A stretch of DNA of 58,759 bases from Minisyncoccota bacterium. GTDB taxonomy: Bacteria; Patescibacteriota; Minisyncoccia; Phycocordibacterales; UBA12079. The position numbers were made by a program, and so were the translations under genes. Under the pieces are notes generated by a model, which was given only the letters and a program-made list of their open reading frames with translations, ran no database searches and had not been told where the DNA came from. The stretch covers positions 1 to 58,759 of the forward strand of contig JAGLLX010000009.1 of the NCBI GenBank assembly GCA_023140255.1, in the 5' to 3' direction. Positions 42,531 to 52,718 of this stretch are shown here, piece by piece (position 1 is the stretch's first letter; each line of letters starts with the position of its first letter).

Positions 42531-44165
42531 TTATTTCCTAAACCTCTCCTTTATTGAACAAGTTATTGTATTCATTTCATTATTATCTAATATTTTTAAA
42601 CTGATTATCCAAACAACTATACCTGTTAGCCCAGACAATAAACCTTGTAAGAAAATTCCAAATAAAGTATTAAGGTCAAAAACATTATCCCAAACCTTTA
42701 ATGAAAAATAAGCTACAATTCCCATAGCTAAAGAAGCTATACAAATTTGGAAAAAACCTCTTGATAAATCTTTTGATAAATACTGAAAGTCTTTCTGAAT
42801 AAAAAAGTATAATAAGAAAATATTTATTATTGTGGCGATAGCAAAACTAAGAGGTAAAATAATTACCTGAATATTTGAAATATCTTCTATCTTTAACATA
42901 GTGCCTAATCCTGAAAGTAAAAACGGAAATATAGTAAAAAACCACTTAAAGAAGAAAGCTAAAGTTATAATGAAAATAGAAGAAAACATATTAATTAAAA
43001 CAGGTCTTTTTGTTATTCCTGCAGCGTAGTAACCTCTTACAAAAAATAAAATTAAAGATTGTGCTGGAATAGAAATAGCAAAAAGAGCTAGACAAGCTGC
43101 TGTTAAACGAGTGTCTACCCAAGAAAATTCTCCTGACCCCAAAACAGTTCTTACTATCTGAGCTCTTAAAACAAAAAATAGAACCATCGCAGGAATAGTC
43201 CAAAATAAAATATGTTTAGCTGTTATCCCTACCTGTCTCATAAACTCTCCTTTTTTCTCTATAGATATTTTAGACAACATCGGAAAAGCTGCTGTGGTAT
43301 AAGAAATACCAACAATACTTAAAGGAACAGCCTGAAGTGCATAAGAAAAACTAAAGATAGCCACGGAACCTTCTCGCATATAAGTAGCTATTGATATTAA
43401 AACTAATACAGCGATACTGCTAGACGAAACAGCTAAAGTACGGGGGAAAGATAATCTTATTATGTCTTTTATCCTCTCAAAATTTATTTTTAAAGTAAAT
43501 TTAGGAATAAATTTTAATTTATAGATAGACGGTAATTGGATAATTAAATGGAGGAAAGCTCCTGTTATAACACCTAAAGCCAACCCAGAAATCCCCCATA
43601 TAGGATAGTATAGAAGAATACCTAGAATTATACCTATATTATAAAGCAAAGGGCTTAGAGCATAAATAAAGAACTTATTTTTAGTTTGAATAATACTTGT
43701 AAAGAAATTAGATAACCCTAATAGAATTGGAGACAAAAGCATTATTCTAGAAAGCAGAACTACCTGATCTAACATATCAGTAGAAAAACCTCCAAAAACA
43801 AAAGAAGTAATTTTAGGCATAAGGAAAAAAGCTATAACTGAAACAAATAAAATCAAAACTAAGAAAACCGAAAAAACTTCACTCATAAAATTTCGAGCCT
43901 TATCCATATCTTTTTCTTGAGATAAGAAAGGAATCAATACTGAGATTGAAACAACAGAGGCAGTTGTAATGAAAATAAAATCAGGGATTCTAAAAGCAGA
44001 ATAGTAAATATCTAGAATTTCTCCTGCTCCAAATGTATGAGCTAAAATCCTATCTCGTAAAAGAGCTAGAAGTTGAGTTAAAAAAGCAGAAAAACTCAAA
44101 ATATAAGCGGCTTTATGAAGCCCACTTATATCTTTATCTAAAAAATTGAAAACTCTCTTTATCAC
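42531..44165 (-). CDS. murJ: Lipid II flippase MurJ (MviN)
   Basis: 544 aa, ~14 TM, N-terminal LLALLRDRILAHTFGAG pattern; GTG start as called. Confidence 0.88.
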   Translation of the reverse strand: MIKRVFNFLDKDISGLHKAAYILSFSAFLTQLLALLRDRILAHTFGAGEILDIYYSAFRIPDFIFITTASVVSISVLIPFLSQEKDMDKARNFMSEVFSVFLVLILFVSVIAFFLMPKITSFVFGGFSTDMLDQVVLLSRIMLLSPILLGLSNFFTSIIQTKNKFFIYALSPLLYNIGIILGILLYYPIWGISGLALGVITGAFLHLIIQLPSIYKLKFIPKFTLKINFERIKDIIRLSFPRTLAVSSSSIAVLVLISIATYMREGSVAIFSFSYALQAVPLSIVGISYTTAAFPMLSKISIEKKGEFMRQVGITAKHILFWTIPAMVLFFVLRAQIVRTVLGSGEFSWVDTRLTAACLALFAISIPAQSLILFFVRGYYAAGITKRPVLINMFSSIFIITLAFFFKWFFTIFPFLLSGLGTMLKIEDISNIQVIILPLSFAIATIINIFLLYFFIQKDFQYLSKDLSRGFFQICIASLAMGIVAYFSLKVWDNVFDLNTLFGIFLQGLLSGLTGIVVWIISLKILDNNEMNTITCSIKERFRK

Positions 44166-44171
44166 GATATT

Positions 44172-46529
44172 TTAAATTTCCTCATTAAGAATTAAATCTT
44201 CCTCCATCTCTTCATCATTTATCTCTTCTATTTGAATTGATTCAGGTTCTTGTTCAAATCCATAAAACGGAGAGCTTCCTGCTTCTATATTAGCTAAAAT
44301 AATTTTAATAGTTTCATTATCAGGAATTAAATATTCTAAATCTTTAAATTGAGCCACAGCATTATCTCTTTCTCCTATCGCATTATAAGTTAATCCTAAT
44401 AAATATTTAGCATCAATACTATAAGGACTTAAAATTACAGATCTTTCAAGAGAAGCTTTGGCTTTTTCAAAATCATTTTTATCATAATTTAAAATTCCCA
44501 ATTGTAAAAATACTTGTGAATCATTTGGAGTAACCGAAGCTAATATTTCTATTACTTGTGTTCCTACTTCAGTATTCCCTTCTGCAAATTCTAATTGAGA
44601 TAATAAATAATAAGCTTCTGAGTAATTATTTTTCATTTGAATAGCCATTCCAATATATTCTCTAGCTTTTTCAGTATCTCCATGAGTAATTTCTAAATTA
44701 GCTAAATCTAAAATTAATAATGGATTTGTAGGATTTAATTTTATAGCTTCTATATAAGTTTCCAAAGCTTTTTCATAAGCTCCTTCTAATTGCAAAGGAA
44801 TTACTGCTGAATAAAGTTTAGCTAAATTGACCCAATTTAAGTAATTATCAACATCTAAATAAACAGCCTTTTCTGCAGCCGCTAAAGTAGAGCTGAAAGT
44901 AGTTTGAAATTGTTCTCGTAAAACTTCATCATCAATATCCTCTTGATTTAAGATGTTTTGCAATTGCACTAAATTCAAATCTGTAAGATTCCTAAAATAA
45001 AAATCATTAGAGTCAGTTATTATCGCGTTAATTATTAATTGATAAGCCTTACCAAAGTCTTGTTCTATATTGATTGCAACCAAAGCTCTATTAAACTGTG
45101 TTGAAGCTATCACTCTTTTAGTAAACAAAAAGCCCCAGAAAAGAGAAGCTCCTAATATAGCGATTGTTGTCACAATTAATATAGCACTTTTTATTTTTGA
45201 AGACTTCACAGGAACTTCAATTATTTTTACAAGTTTATTTTGATTTAAGAAGGATAACAAAACACCTAAAATCAAAAATGTTAATCCTAAAATAGTTATT
45301 CCAGGAATATAAAAAATCAGAAATAGAATTAAATATACCGATAACAGGAATAGAGACAATGCTACAAAATGGTTAATCTCGTCTTTCCTTGAAATCATTA
45401 TTAACCTAAACCCTAAATACATAAATACTATTATAAATAAAACCCATGATACAAAACCCAGCAGTCCAACAGTAACTAATGAAGAAATTATAAAGGAATT
45501 TCCTGTATTAAAATCTATATTCCAAAACTCACTTGTGTTAACTCCTTGAGGTTTATAAGCCACCCATTGATTTACAAATTTACTTGGACCTGCTCCTAAT
45601 ATAGGGTTTTCTTTTAATGTAGGTTTAGCAATATCTAATGTACTAGCAATAGTTGGTTGTACTTCTAGATTAGAAGTATTAAGTAATGAAGGTAATATTC
45701 CTCCTATTTTTCCTTGGAATAAAATAAAAATCAAAGTTATAAGAAAAACATAAATTGACGGTTTTTTATATAATTCTTTCAAATTAAATTTACTTAAAAT
45801 TAAATTATAAATAATCAAGAACAAAGAAATTATTCCTAAAAATATCCAAATTAAATTAAAATTAACTAGCCAAATAAATAATAACGAAATAACCATTAAA
45901 ACGATACTAGAAATTTTTATTATTTTATTTTTCCCTAAATACTCATTTGCAATTAAGTTAATAATTACGATTAATCCAAAAAAGATACCTAATTCATTCC
46001 AATTTCCTACTAAATTAGATACAGATGAATTAAGAATATTAAAAGATAAAAATTCTGGCCCTAAGATAAACCTTAAGCTATGGAAAATTATTGTTATTAC
46101 TGCAGATATCATCAATCCTGTATATAAGTAAAGAACTTGTTTTTCAGTCTGAAAAGCTTTCGCGGAGAGAAACATCAATATAAATAAAGTGGCTATAGTC
46201 ACAAAAGAGCTGACCTCAAAAGCAACTCCTAACAACCCAAAAAGAATTGATCCTGAGAAAAGAGCTGACAATAAATAAACAACAGGTACTAAAACTGCCA
46301 AAATCACTAAAATATTTTTAGAAAGAAAGAAGTTTCTATTTTTTATTCGATCAAAAGACCAAAAAATAAATAACAAAATAACGGCCAATGACAGAATAAT
46401 ATTTTTAGATGCCCAAAAAGAAATTGTTTCTACCGGAATAATAAAAATTGGTAATAAAACTGCCAAAATCAATCCAATTACAAAAGGTATTCCTTGCAAA
46501 AAAGATTTTAATTTATTTAAATTTGTCAT
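44172..46529 (-). CDS. Large polytopic membrane protein with C-terminal TPR repeats (O-antigen ligase-like?)
   Basis: 785 aa; more than 10 TM helices in the first ~470 aa, then TPR-like repeats (AYEKALETYIEAIKLNP..., AREYIGMAIQM...). Confidence 0.65.
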   Translation of the reverse strand: MTNLNKLKSFLQGIPFVIGLILAVLLPIFIIPVETISFWASKNIILSLAVILLFIFWSFDRIKNRNFFLSKNILVILAVLVPVVYLLSALFSGSILFGLLGVAFEVSSFVTIATLFILMFLSAKAFQTEKQVLYLYTGLMISAVITIIFHSLRFILGPEFLSFNILNSSVSNLVGNWNELGIFFGLIVIINLIANEYLGKNKIIKISSIVLMVISLLFIWLVNFNLIWIFLGIISLFLIIYNLILSKFNLKELYKKPSIYVFLITLIFILFQGKIGGILPSLLNTSNLEVQPTIASTLDIAKPTLKENPILGAGPSKFVNQWVAYKPQGVNTSEFWNIDFNTGNSFIISSLVTVGLLGFVSWVLFIIVFMYLGFRLIMISRKDEINHFVALSLFLLSVYLILFLIFYIPGITILGLTFLILGVLLSFLNQNKLVKIIEVPVKSSKIKSAILIVTTIAILGASLFWGFLFTKRVIASTQFNRALVAINIEQDFGKAYQLIINAIITDSNDFYFRNLTDLNLVQLQNILNQEDIDDEVLREQFQTTFSSTLAAAEKAVYLDVDNYLNWVNLAKLYSAVIPLQLEGAYEKALETYIEAIKLNPTNPLLILDLANLEITHGDTEKAREYIGMAIQMKNNYSEAYYLLSQLEFAEGNTEVGTQVIEILASVTPNDSQVFLQLGILNYDKNDFEKAKASLERSVILSPYSIDAKYLLGLTYNAIGERDNAVAQFKDLEYLIPDNETIKIILANIEAGSSPFYGFEQEPESIQIEEINDEEMEEDLILNEEI

Positions 46530-46679
46530 TGTTTTTGTTACTTATTAATAAATAATAATATTTTATATATTATAAGCTTTCTATCCAGTTTTTACTAATA
46601 GATTAATTGTTTATAACTAAAATCACTTTAGAGTTACTTATGAGTTAAATCCTCAAATAAAAAATTGTTAATTAAAAAT

Positions 46680-46710
46680 CCCCCTATATAATTGTATATT
46701 ATATAGGGGG
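46680..46710 (-). terminator. Hairpin terminator after mraY
   Basis: ccccctatata attgtatat tatataggggg. Confidence 0.65.
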
Positions 46711-46777
46711 ATGTTTTTAATTTATTTCTCAATATACGTTTGTTTTAATGTTCTCGTGCTCTAGTGTTTTAATGCTC

Positions 46778-47833
46778 TTAGCCAATAAGAGCTATTACCA
46801 TACCTATAATAGCAAAAATAATACTAATTACCCAATAACGCATAACTACTTTGTAACTAGGCCACCCAAGTGCTTCAAAATGATGATGTATAGGTGCAAC
46901 CAAAAAAACCTTTTTCCCTCTTATTTTTTTTGAACTAACTTGAATTATATTAGAAAAAACTGTTATAAGAAGCGGAAAAGCAATAATAGGTAAAACTAAA
47001 ACTTGCCCGGTCAAGAAAGCTACTACAGTTAAAGTCACTGTTAGCCCTAAAATTCCTGTTTCTGACATGTAAAAACGAGCAGGAGGAATATTAAACCAAA
47101 GAAAAGCCAATATCCCCCCAACAATAACTGCACAAAAAGCAGCTAAGTCTATTTGATTTTGAAAAAATGCAATTCCAGCATAAGCTGAAAAAATAGATGC
47201 CATCACTCCTCCTGATAAACCATCTATTCCATCAATAACCCCACTAGCAAAAAGAGAAAGCATTACCAGCATAAAGAAAGGGATAAAAAACAATCCTAAT
47301 GTCCACACTCCTATAAAAGGAACTGAAACCGAAGAAACACCTAATTTAAAATAAAACCAAATTGCTCCAATAAAAGCTATCCATAAAACAATTAGAATTC
47401 GTGTTCTCAAAGGTAAACCCCCCGCCACATACTTACCTTTTCCAGATATAACTAAAATATCATCAAATAAACCAACCAATGAACCCGCAATTAAAGTAAA
47501 TAACGGCAACCATGTCTGCCCTCTACTCATAAAATCCATTTTTTGTGTGAATTCAGAAGGAAACATCCATGACAAAAACCAAAAAATAAAAATGGTAATT
47601 AAAACACTCGCCCAAATAACAATTCCTCCCATTCTAGGAGTTCCTGTATCTTTTTCTTTATGCAATTTATTAAAAATAGGAGTTCCTCCTCCACCTAAAC
47701 CTTTCTGTTTTCCAGAAACCTTTTTCCACATTTTATGTTTATATAAATAATGAGTTAACAAAGGAGTGATGGCTAAACCAACAAAAAAAGAAATTATCCA
47801 CGGCGCAAATATTTTTACTACATCTAATGTCAT
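46778..47833 (-). CDS. mraY: Phospho-N-acetylmuramoyl-pentapeptide transferase
   Basis: 351 aa, 10 TM, DGIDGL and APIHHHFE motifs. Confidence 0.95.
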   Translation of the reverse strand: MTLDVVKIFAPWIISFFVGLAITPLLTHYLYKHKMWKKVSGKQKGLGGGGTPIFNKLHKEKDTGTPRMGGIVIWASVLITIFIFWFLSWMFPSEFTQKMDFMSRGQTWLPLFTLIAGSLVGLFDDILVISGKGKYVAGGLPLRTRILIVLWIAFIGAIWFYFKLGVSSVSVPFIGVWTLGLFFIPFFMLVMLSLFASGVIDGIDGLSGGVMASIFSAYAGIAFFQNQIDLAAFCAVIVGGILAFLWFNIPPARFYMSETGILGLTVTLTVVAFLTGQVLVLPIIAFPLLITVFSNIIQVSSKKIRGKKVFLVAPIHHHFEALGWPSYKVVMRYWVISIIFAIIGMVIALIG

Positions 47834-47845
47834 GATTTTAGTTAA

Positions 47846-48805
47846 TTAAGAGTTATCATTGGAAAAATTTTCTACACTTGTCCAAAACAATTTTTCCATA
47901 TCATTAAAACGATCTTCTTTTGTAGACCCTAATATAGAAATAATTATATTATGCCCAATACCAATATCAAAAGCCATAATTAAATTTCCTCCTGCTAAAT
48001 CAGTAAAGCCTGTTTTTGATGCTAAAACTCCCGGTAATTTATCTATGATTAAATTTGTATTTTGTATTTGATGAGTCGAAAAATTAGAATATAGTAATTG
48101 TTCTTTTTGAGTACTAGCTTCCAACAAATTAGAATTTTCTTTCAATATATTTTCTAAAAGAATAACAACGTCTTTAGCTGATCCGTATGCTCCACTAACA
48201 CCTTCGTTAACATCTAGCCCTGATTCATTAAGGAAAAAAGATTGAACCATCCCTAATTCTTTAGCCTTATTATTCATCTCGTCTATAAAATTTTCTTGAG
48301 GTAGTTTTTGGTTTAAAGGGTTTACTATGGAAGCTAAAGCATTTGCTCCATCATTTGATGAAGACATCAAAACAAAATCAATCATATCAACCAAAGTCCA
48401 TATTTCGCCTGAAATTAGACCAGCATCTCCATCTTTTATTAAATTTTCGTCTTTTATAGTTAAGGAAAGATTATCCTTTAAATTATTTGAAGCAATATAA
48501 ACTGTCATTAATTTAGTTAAAGAAGCTAACGGTAATTGCATTTCTCTATTTAATGAAGCAATAATTTCTTGCTCTTTTACATCCCAAACCAAATAAGCTT
48601 TGGCTGACAAAGCTAGTTTTTCAAAATTATCAGACTGTTTTACACCAAGAACTTGAGTTAAATCTGCTTTTTGGAGAAGAGATTTTTCATACTGAAGATT
48701 AAAGTATAAAACAGCTTGAACTCCCATATAAAAACCAAAAGATACTAAAATTAATCCTAATATTCCCAATACCTGTTTTTTTGTTAAATTAATGGCTATA
48801 TTCAT
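47846..48805 (-). CDS. S11 D-alanyl-D-alanine carboxypeptidase (PBP5-like)
   Basis: SLTK (SxxK), SSN (SxN) and KTGFT (KTG) motifs; N-terminal TM. Confidence 0.85.
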   Translation of the reverse strand: MNIAINLTKKQVLGILGLILVSFGFYMGVQAVLYFNLQYEKSLLQKADLTQVLGVKQSDNFEKLALSAKAYLVWDVKEQEIIASLNREMQLPLASLTKLMTVYIASNNLKDNLSLTIKDENLIKDGDAGLISGEIWTLVDMIDFVLMSSSNDGANALASIVNPLNQKLPQENFIDEMNNKAKELGMVQSFFLNESGLDVNEGVSGAYGSAKDVVILLENILKENSNLLEASTQKEQLLYSNFSTHQIQNTNLIIDKLPGVLASKTGFTDLAGGNLIMAFDIGIGHNIIISILGSTKEDRFNDMEKLFWTSVENFSNDNS

Positions 48806-48844
48806 CCCGTTAGAGATAATTTATTAAAAGTATCTCTAACGGGA
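48805..48844. repeat. TCCCGTTAGAGAT-family inverted repeat abutting the start codon of 47846..48805
   Basis: tcccgttagagata atttattaaaag tatctctaacggga; position 48805 is also the first base of the ATG on the minus strand. Confidence 0.65.
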
Positions 48845-48893
48845 CAAGTCCCTTACTTTTAATAAATAATCTTAAGTTTAATTGGTAATCTTT

Positions 48894-49430
48894 TTAATTT
48901 TCTATTTTTTCTTCGTTAATATTTATTTCTTTATTTACTTCATCAAACTCAGGCATATCTTCAATTTTTGAGATACCCAAAAATGATAATAATTTTATAG
49001 AAGTTTTGTACAAATAACTTCTTGAATCATCAGAATTTTCAACCTTTTCTATTAAACCTCTAATATGTAAATTTCTTAAAATAAAGGTGGAACTGACTCC
49101 TCTAATATAATCTATCTGAGCTCTTGTAATAGGTCCTTTATACAACACTATCGCTAAAGTTTCAAGAGAGGCCTTAGTTAAATCTTTATCTATTTCATCT
49201 TTTTTTAATACTCCTATTATACCAGAAATATCAGGAGAAGTTCCTAAAGATACTGTGTCGTCACTAATTATTAAAATTAATCCTCTTTTTTCTAAATGTG
49301 TACCCAATATCAATAAAGCTTCTTCAATTTCATTTGAATTTTTATTTAAAATTTTACTTAATTTAATTTTTGAAACAGGTTCCCCACTAAAAAATAGAAC
49401 TGCTTCAATTTGTGCGTCTAATGTTAACAT
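48894..49430 (-). CDS. scpB: Segregation and condensation protein B
   Basis: IEAVLFFSGEPVS N-terminus, two winged-helix halves, 178 aa. Confidence 0.9.
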   Translation of the reverse strand: MLTLDAQIEAVLFFSGEPVSKIKLSKILNKNSNEIEEALLILGTHLEKRGLILIISDDTVSLGTSPDISGIIGVLKKDEIDKDLTKASLETLAIVLYKGPITRAQIDYIRGVSSTFILRNLHIRGLIEKVENSDDSRSYLYKTSIKLLSFLGISKIEDMPEFDEVNKEININEEKIEN

Positions 49431-49492
49431 AATATATTAGTTAAAAGTCCATAAAGTGAAAAATTTGCTCTGCAAATTTTTCTTGTTCATTT

Positions 49493-50254
49493 TTAATTTT
49501 GGTTGTAATTTGGTGTATCTAATTTTTGAGTATTCATATTAATATCTCCAAATTGGTTATCTTGATTTACATTTATTGCCCCTTGTTTTACTAATTCTAA
49601 CATGGCTAGAAAACTAAGAACAATATTTACTTTTTTTTCTTTTGAAAAATTATCTACAGAGTTTAACCCTGAAAATTCTTTAAATCCCATTTTTAAAGAA
49701 GATTTTATTCTCTCACTCAAATTATCAATTATTTCTTCAAGAGAGATTGCCTTATCTACAACAGTTTTAGGTATATTTATTTTTTTTGGAATTTGTTTAA
49801 CTACATTCTTAATTAAAAATAATAAATTTTCTTTTTGTATTTTCACATCAGGAGAAAAAATAATTTCTCTTTTTCTTTTTAATTGACGAGAAAAAATAAT
49901 CTTTTTACCAAAAGCTTCACTTATATTGATACTTAATCGTTTTATCTTTTTATATTCTTTTAGACGATCTTCTAAATCTTCAATTCCCTGTTCCTCTTCT
50001 TTTGTTAAGTCTAAATCAGGAAGTAAAGACTTAGATTTTATTAACATCAAAATAGAAGCTACTAGAATAAAGTCAGCAGAAGATTTTATTGAAACTTTTT
50101 CAGCACTTTCCAGATAATTTATATAATCATCTGCTATTTGTGACAAAGATACATCACTTATGTGCATTTTTTTACTTTCAATCAAATTTAGAAGTAAATC
50201 TAATGGTCCTTGAAAAATTTCTGTTTCTATCTTATATCCTTCTTTTCTTAACAT
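49493..50254 (-). CDS. scpA: Segregation and condensation protein A
   Basis: FQGPLDLLLNLIESKKMHISDVSLSQI kleisin N-terminus. Confidence 0.9.
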   Translation of the reverse strand: MLRKEGYKIETEIFQGPLDLLLNLIESKKMHISDVSLSQIADDYINYLESAEKVSIKSSADFILVASILMLIKSKSLLPDLDLTKEEEQGIEDLEDRLKEYKKIKRLSINISEAFGKKIIFSRQLKRKREIIFSPDVKIQKENLLFLIKNVVKQIPKKINIPKTVVDKAISLEEIIDNLSERIKSSLKMGFKEFSGLNSVDNFSKEKKVNIVLSFLAMLELVKQGAINVNQDNQFGDINMNTQKLDTPNYNQN

Positions 50255-50360
50255 TTTTTAATTATACAATATAAGTTCATTTTATATAACTAAAAATGTG
50301 TAAAACAAAAAACTAACATCGTATTGATGTTAGTTTTTCTTTAAAATAAAAACTTTTATT

Positions 50361-50795
50361 TTATTGATTTTGGGAAAGTCTTTGTCCTTGTCCTCTCACA
50401 CCTCTTTGAGAACCATCTTTAAGACCATTTCCTTTTGATCCAAAACCTCTTTCTATACCTAAGTCTTCCATGATAGCTTGAGCTCCTTCAAAATCTCCAG
50501 CTTGTCTTAACTCATGAGCTTCGGCAAATTGAGCAAAGTTTTCTTCAGTCATTTGAGCCATTCTCTCTGTATATCTCTCTTCACCTAAACCTGTTCGTTC
50601 TTCAAATCTTTGATCCGCAAAAGCAATCCAATCTCCATAATTTCCGTTTTCAAAAACTTCAGTCATTTGAGCTTGGTGTTCTTCTGAAAAACCTTTTCTT
50701 GCTCCCCAATCTTCTGAGTCAGCAAAAGCAGTACTAATTCCAGCTGTTAATATTAATGTGAGAACAGCTAACCCAACAATTTTTTCTTTATTCAT
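50361..50795 (-). CDS. Secreted hypothetical protein (Glu/Gln/Gly-rich)
   Basis: ATG at 50795 gives the signal peptide MNKEKIVGLAVLTLILTAGISTAFA; the track start at 50873 is TTG. Confidence 0.55.
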   Translation of the reverse strand: MNKEKIVGLAVLTLILTAGISTAFADSEDWGARKGFSEEHQAQMTEVFENGNYGDWIAFADQRFEERTGLGEERYTERMAQMTEENFAQFAEAHELRQAGDFEGAQAIMEDLGIERGFGSKGNGLKDGSQRGVRGQGQRLSQNQ

Positions 50796-50876
50796 AATAA
50801 TAATTTTGTGTTTAATGATTAATAATGGATATCCTGTATCTATTATTACGACAAAATTAATTTTTTCTTTCAATTA

Positions 50877-51704
50877 TTATAAAACTAAATCTCTTAAAAT
50901 TCTTCCTTGCATCATTGGTCTAGCTTTTTGCATATGCAAATTCATTTTTTCTAAGATATCCTTTTCAATTACTCCTTTTTTTAGCATATCTCTAGGGTTA
51001 TCAAAAGGTCTAACCATATCAGCATAAAAACATTTATCTAAACAATTATCATCTATAATTTTTCCTCTTATTTTTATTTTAGAAGAATCTTCAAGAATAA
51101 AATCTGGAACAATTTCTAAAATATCTTCTGACAAAATAATTTCCCAAATATCTCCGTTCTGATCTTTTAATTTTAAAACATATTCATCTAAGGATTCTAC
51201 TGACCCTGATAAAAATCCTTCTTCTGGCCTTTGCCATAAATTAATATTAGCATCTACCATAGAATGATAACGAGGAGGTAATTTTTGTATCAAATTTCTA
51301 TCAAGAGATGCAGCTACCCCGAGATTGTAAAAAGTAATCCCTAACAAAAAACTAATCAAAATTACTCCTCCGATAATCATTTGTAGATTATACTTATAAG
51401 CTTTTTTTGTATTTTTTACATTGATATAAGCAATTATGGTAAATAACCCCAAGAAAACTAACCAAAAATAAGGTAGCGTAACTATAATAAATTTTGTTAA
51501 ACCACCACTTAATTGCATATACAAATCCCAATCATTATTTAAAAGCGTGTGAAGTATTATAGAAAAAGTTAGTCCACCAATAATAACTGCTAATACAAAA
51601 GCCCCCCAGAAAAAACTATTTTTTAACACAAATTCCCATTTAGGTGTTGGTTCAACCCCCTCCTGTTTTATTTTTTCTATTATTTTTTGACTTAAATTTT
51701 TCAT
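50877..51704 (-). CDS. Membrane protein, possible anti-sigma factor
   Basis: 275 aa, four TM helices, immediately downstream of the ECF sigma gene (12-nt gap). Confidence 0.45.
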   Translation of the reverse strand: MKNLSQKIIEKIKQEGVEPTPKWEFVLKNSFFWGAFVLAVIIGGLTFSIILHTLLNNDWDLYMQLSGGLTKFIIVTLPYFWLVFLGLFTIIAYINVKNTKKAYKYNLQMIIGGVILISFLLGITFYNLGVAASLDRNLIQKLPPRYHSMVDANINLWQRPEEGFLSGSVESLDEYVLKLKDQNGDIWEIILSEDILEIVPDFILEDSSKIKIRGKIIDDNCLDKCFYADMVRPFDNPRDMLKKGVIEKDILEKMNLHMQKARPMMQGRILRDLVL

Positions 51705-51716
51705 ATTATATAATAA

Positions 51717-52304
51717 TTAAATTTTTATATTTTGATCTTCTATTATTTGAGAAAATTGTTTCTTGGCTCTATTTAATAAAGTCGCAACTGTTCCTTCAGG
51801 CTTCTTTAGAATATCAGAAATTTCATTATAATTATTCCCCTCCATAAATCTTAAAATCAAAACTTCTCTATACCTTAAATCCATTTTATTCAAAATTAAA
51901 GAAATGTTTTTTTTCAAATCCTCTAAATTAAACTCTTTTTCTATATCTAACTCATCTGCAATATTTTTAATAAACTCTCCATCAGTATCAAAAGAAATAA
52001 CTTTTGCTTTGTTTTTAAATTTTCGGTAATTTGAAATTACCTCATTATGACTAATTCTATAAATCCAAGATGAAAATTTTAAAGATGTATCAAAAGCATT
52101 CAGATTTTTATAAACCTTTATAAAAATATCCTGCAATACATCTTCAATTTCATCTTTATCTAAATTGGAAATTCGTGAAATATATCTAGTTAATTTTTCT
52201 TCGTATCTTCGTACTAAAAGTAAAAAATAATCTTGATCTTTCAGGGCTAATAGCACCAATTCCTCATCTGTTTTTTCATTAACAGCTTTAAACATATTTA
52301 TCAT
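51717..52304 (-). CDS. ECF-type RNA polymerase sigma-70 factor
   Basis: Region 2 DVLQDIFIKVYKNL..FSSWIYRISHN and region 4 REVLILRFMEGNNYNEISDILKKPEGTVATLLNRAK. Confidence 0.85.
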   Translation of the reverse strand: MINMFKAVNEKTDEELVLLALKDQDYFLLLVRRYEEKLTRYISRISNLDKDEIEDVLQDIFIKVYKNLNAFDTSLKFSSWIYRISHNEVISNYRKFKNKAKVISFDTDGEFIKNIADELDIEKEFNLEDLKKNISLILNKMDLRYREVLILRFMEGNNYNEISDILKKPEGTVATLLNRAKKQFSQIIEDQNIKI

Positions 52305-52434
52305 TATACTATATTACGAAAAAATTAATTTTTTCTTTCAATTGACAACGTAATCTCATTCAGGCATCATATTGGTAGTTGTTATATAAAAATAGATTTA
52401 ATATAAATTTTAAATTTACCCAAAGGAGGAAAAA

Positions 52435-52653
52435 ATGATTACATTAGGAATAGTTCCAGATTATCAGACCCTACAAAAATTAGCCGTAGAAAATAATTGT
52501 TGCGAAAAATGTTTTTCTGAACTAGTAAATGGAATATGTCCTTTTAATTGTCAACACAGACCTCTAAGACTCCTGAAAAAACCTTCAATTTTACGAAAAA
52601 ACCGAAGAAGGAGATGCCTCGCAAAACCAAAAATTGTAAAAAAATCTGTTTAA
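52435..52653 (+). CDS. Small Cys-rich protein with a basic tail
   Basis: 72 aa, SD aaaggagg, CCEKC...CPFNC then KKNRRRRCLAKPKIVKK; own terminator. Confidence 0.55.
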   Translation: MITLGIVPDYQTLQKLAVENNCCEKCFSELVNGICPFNCQHRPLRLLKKPSILRKNRRRRCLAKPKIVKKSV

Positions 52654-52660
52654 CCCAAAT

Positions 52661-52697
52661 AAAAAGCCGTCTCTTTTGAGATGGCTTTCTTTTTTTA
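52661..52697 (+). terminator. Intrinsic terminator
   Basis: agccgtctc tttt gagatggct plus a long T-run. Confidence 0.8.
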
Positions 52698-52718
52698 ATA
52701 ACAACACTCCAAGCACTG

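Noticed and set aside
49602-50274. Three plus-strand ORFs opposite scpA, and similar antisense or alternative-frame ORFs at 15809..16051, 19678..19914, 24480..24665, 27005..27187, 31215..31520, 33655..33885, 41331..41606, 42991..43203, 46748..46933, 47547..47750, 47859..48071, 49255..49440, 50758..51027, 51644..51847 and 56114..56425
   Set aside because: All lie within confidently assigned genes, on the opposite strand or (42991..43203) in another frame of the same strand, and show the biased composition expected of mirror or shifted frames in AT-rich DNA.
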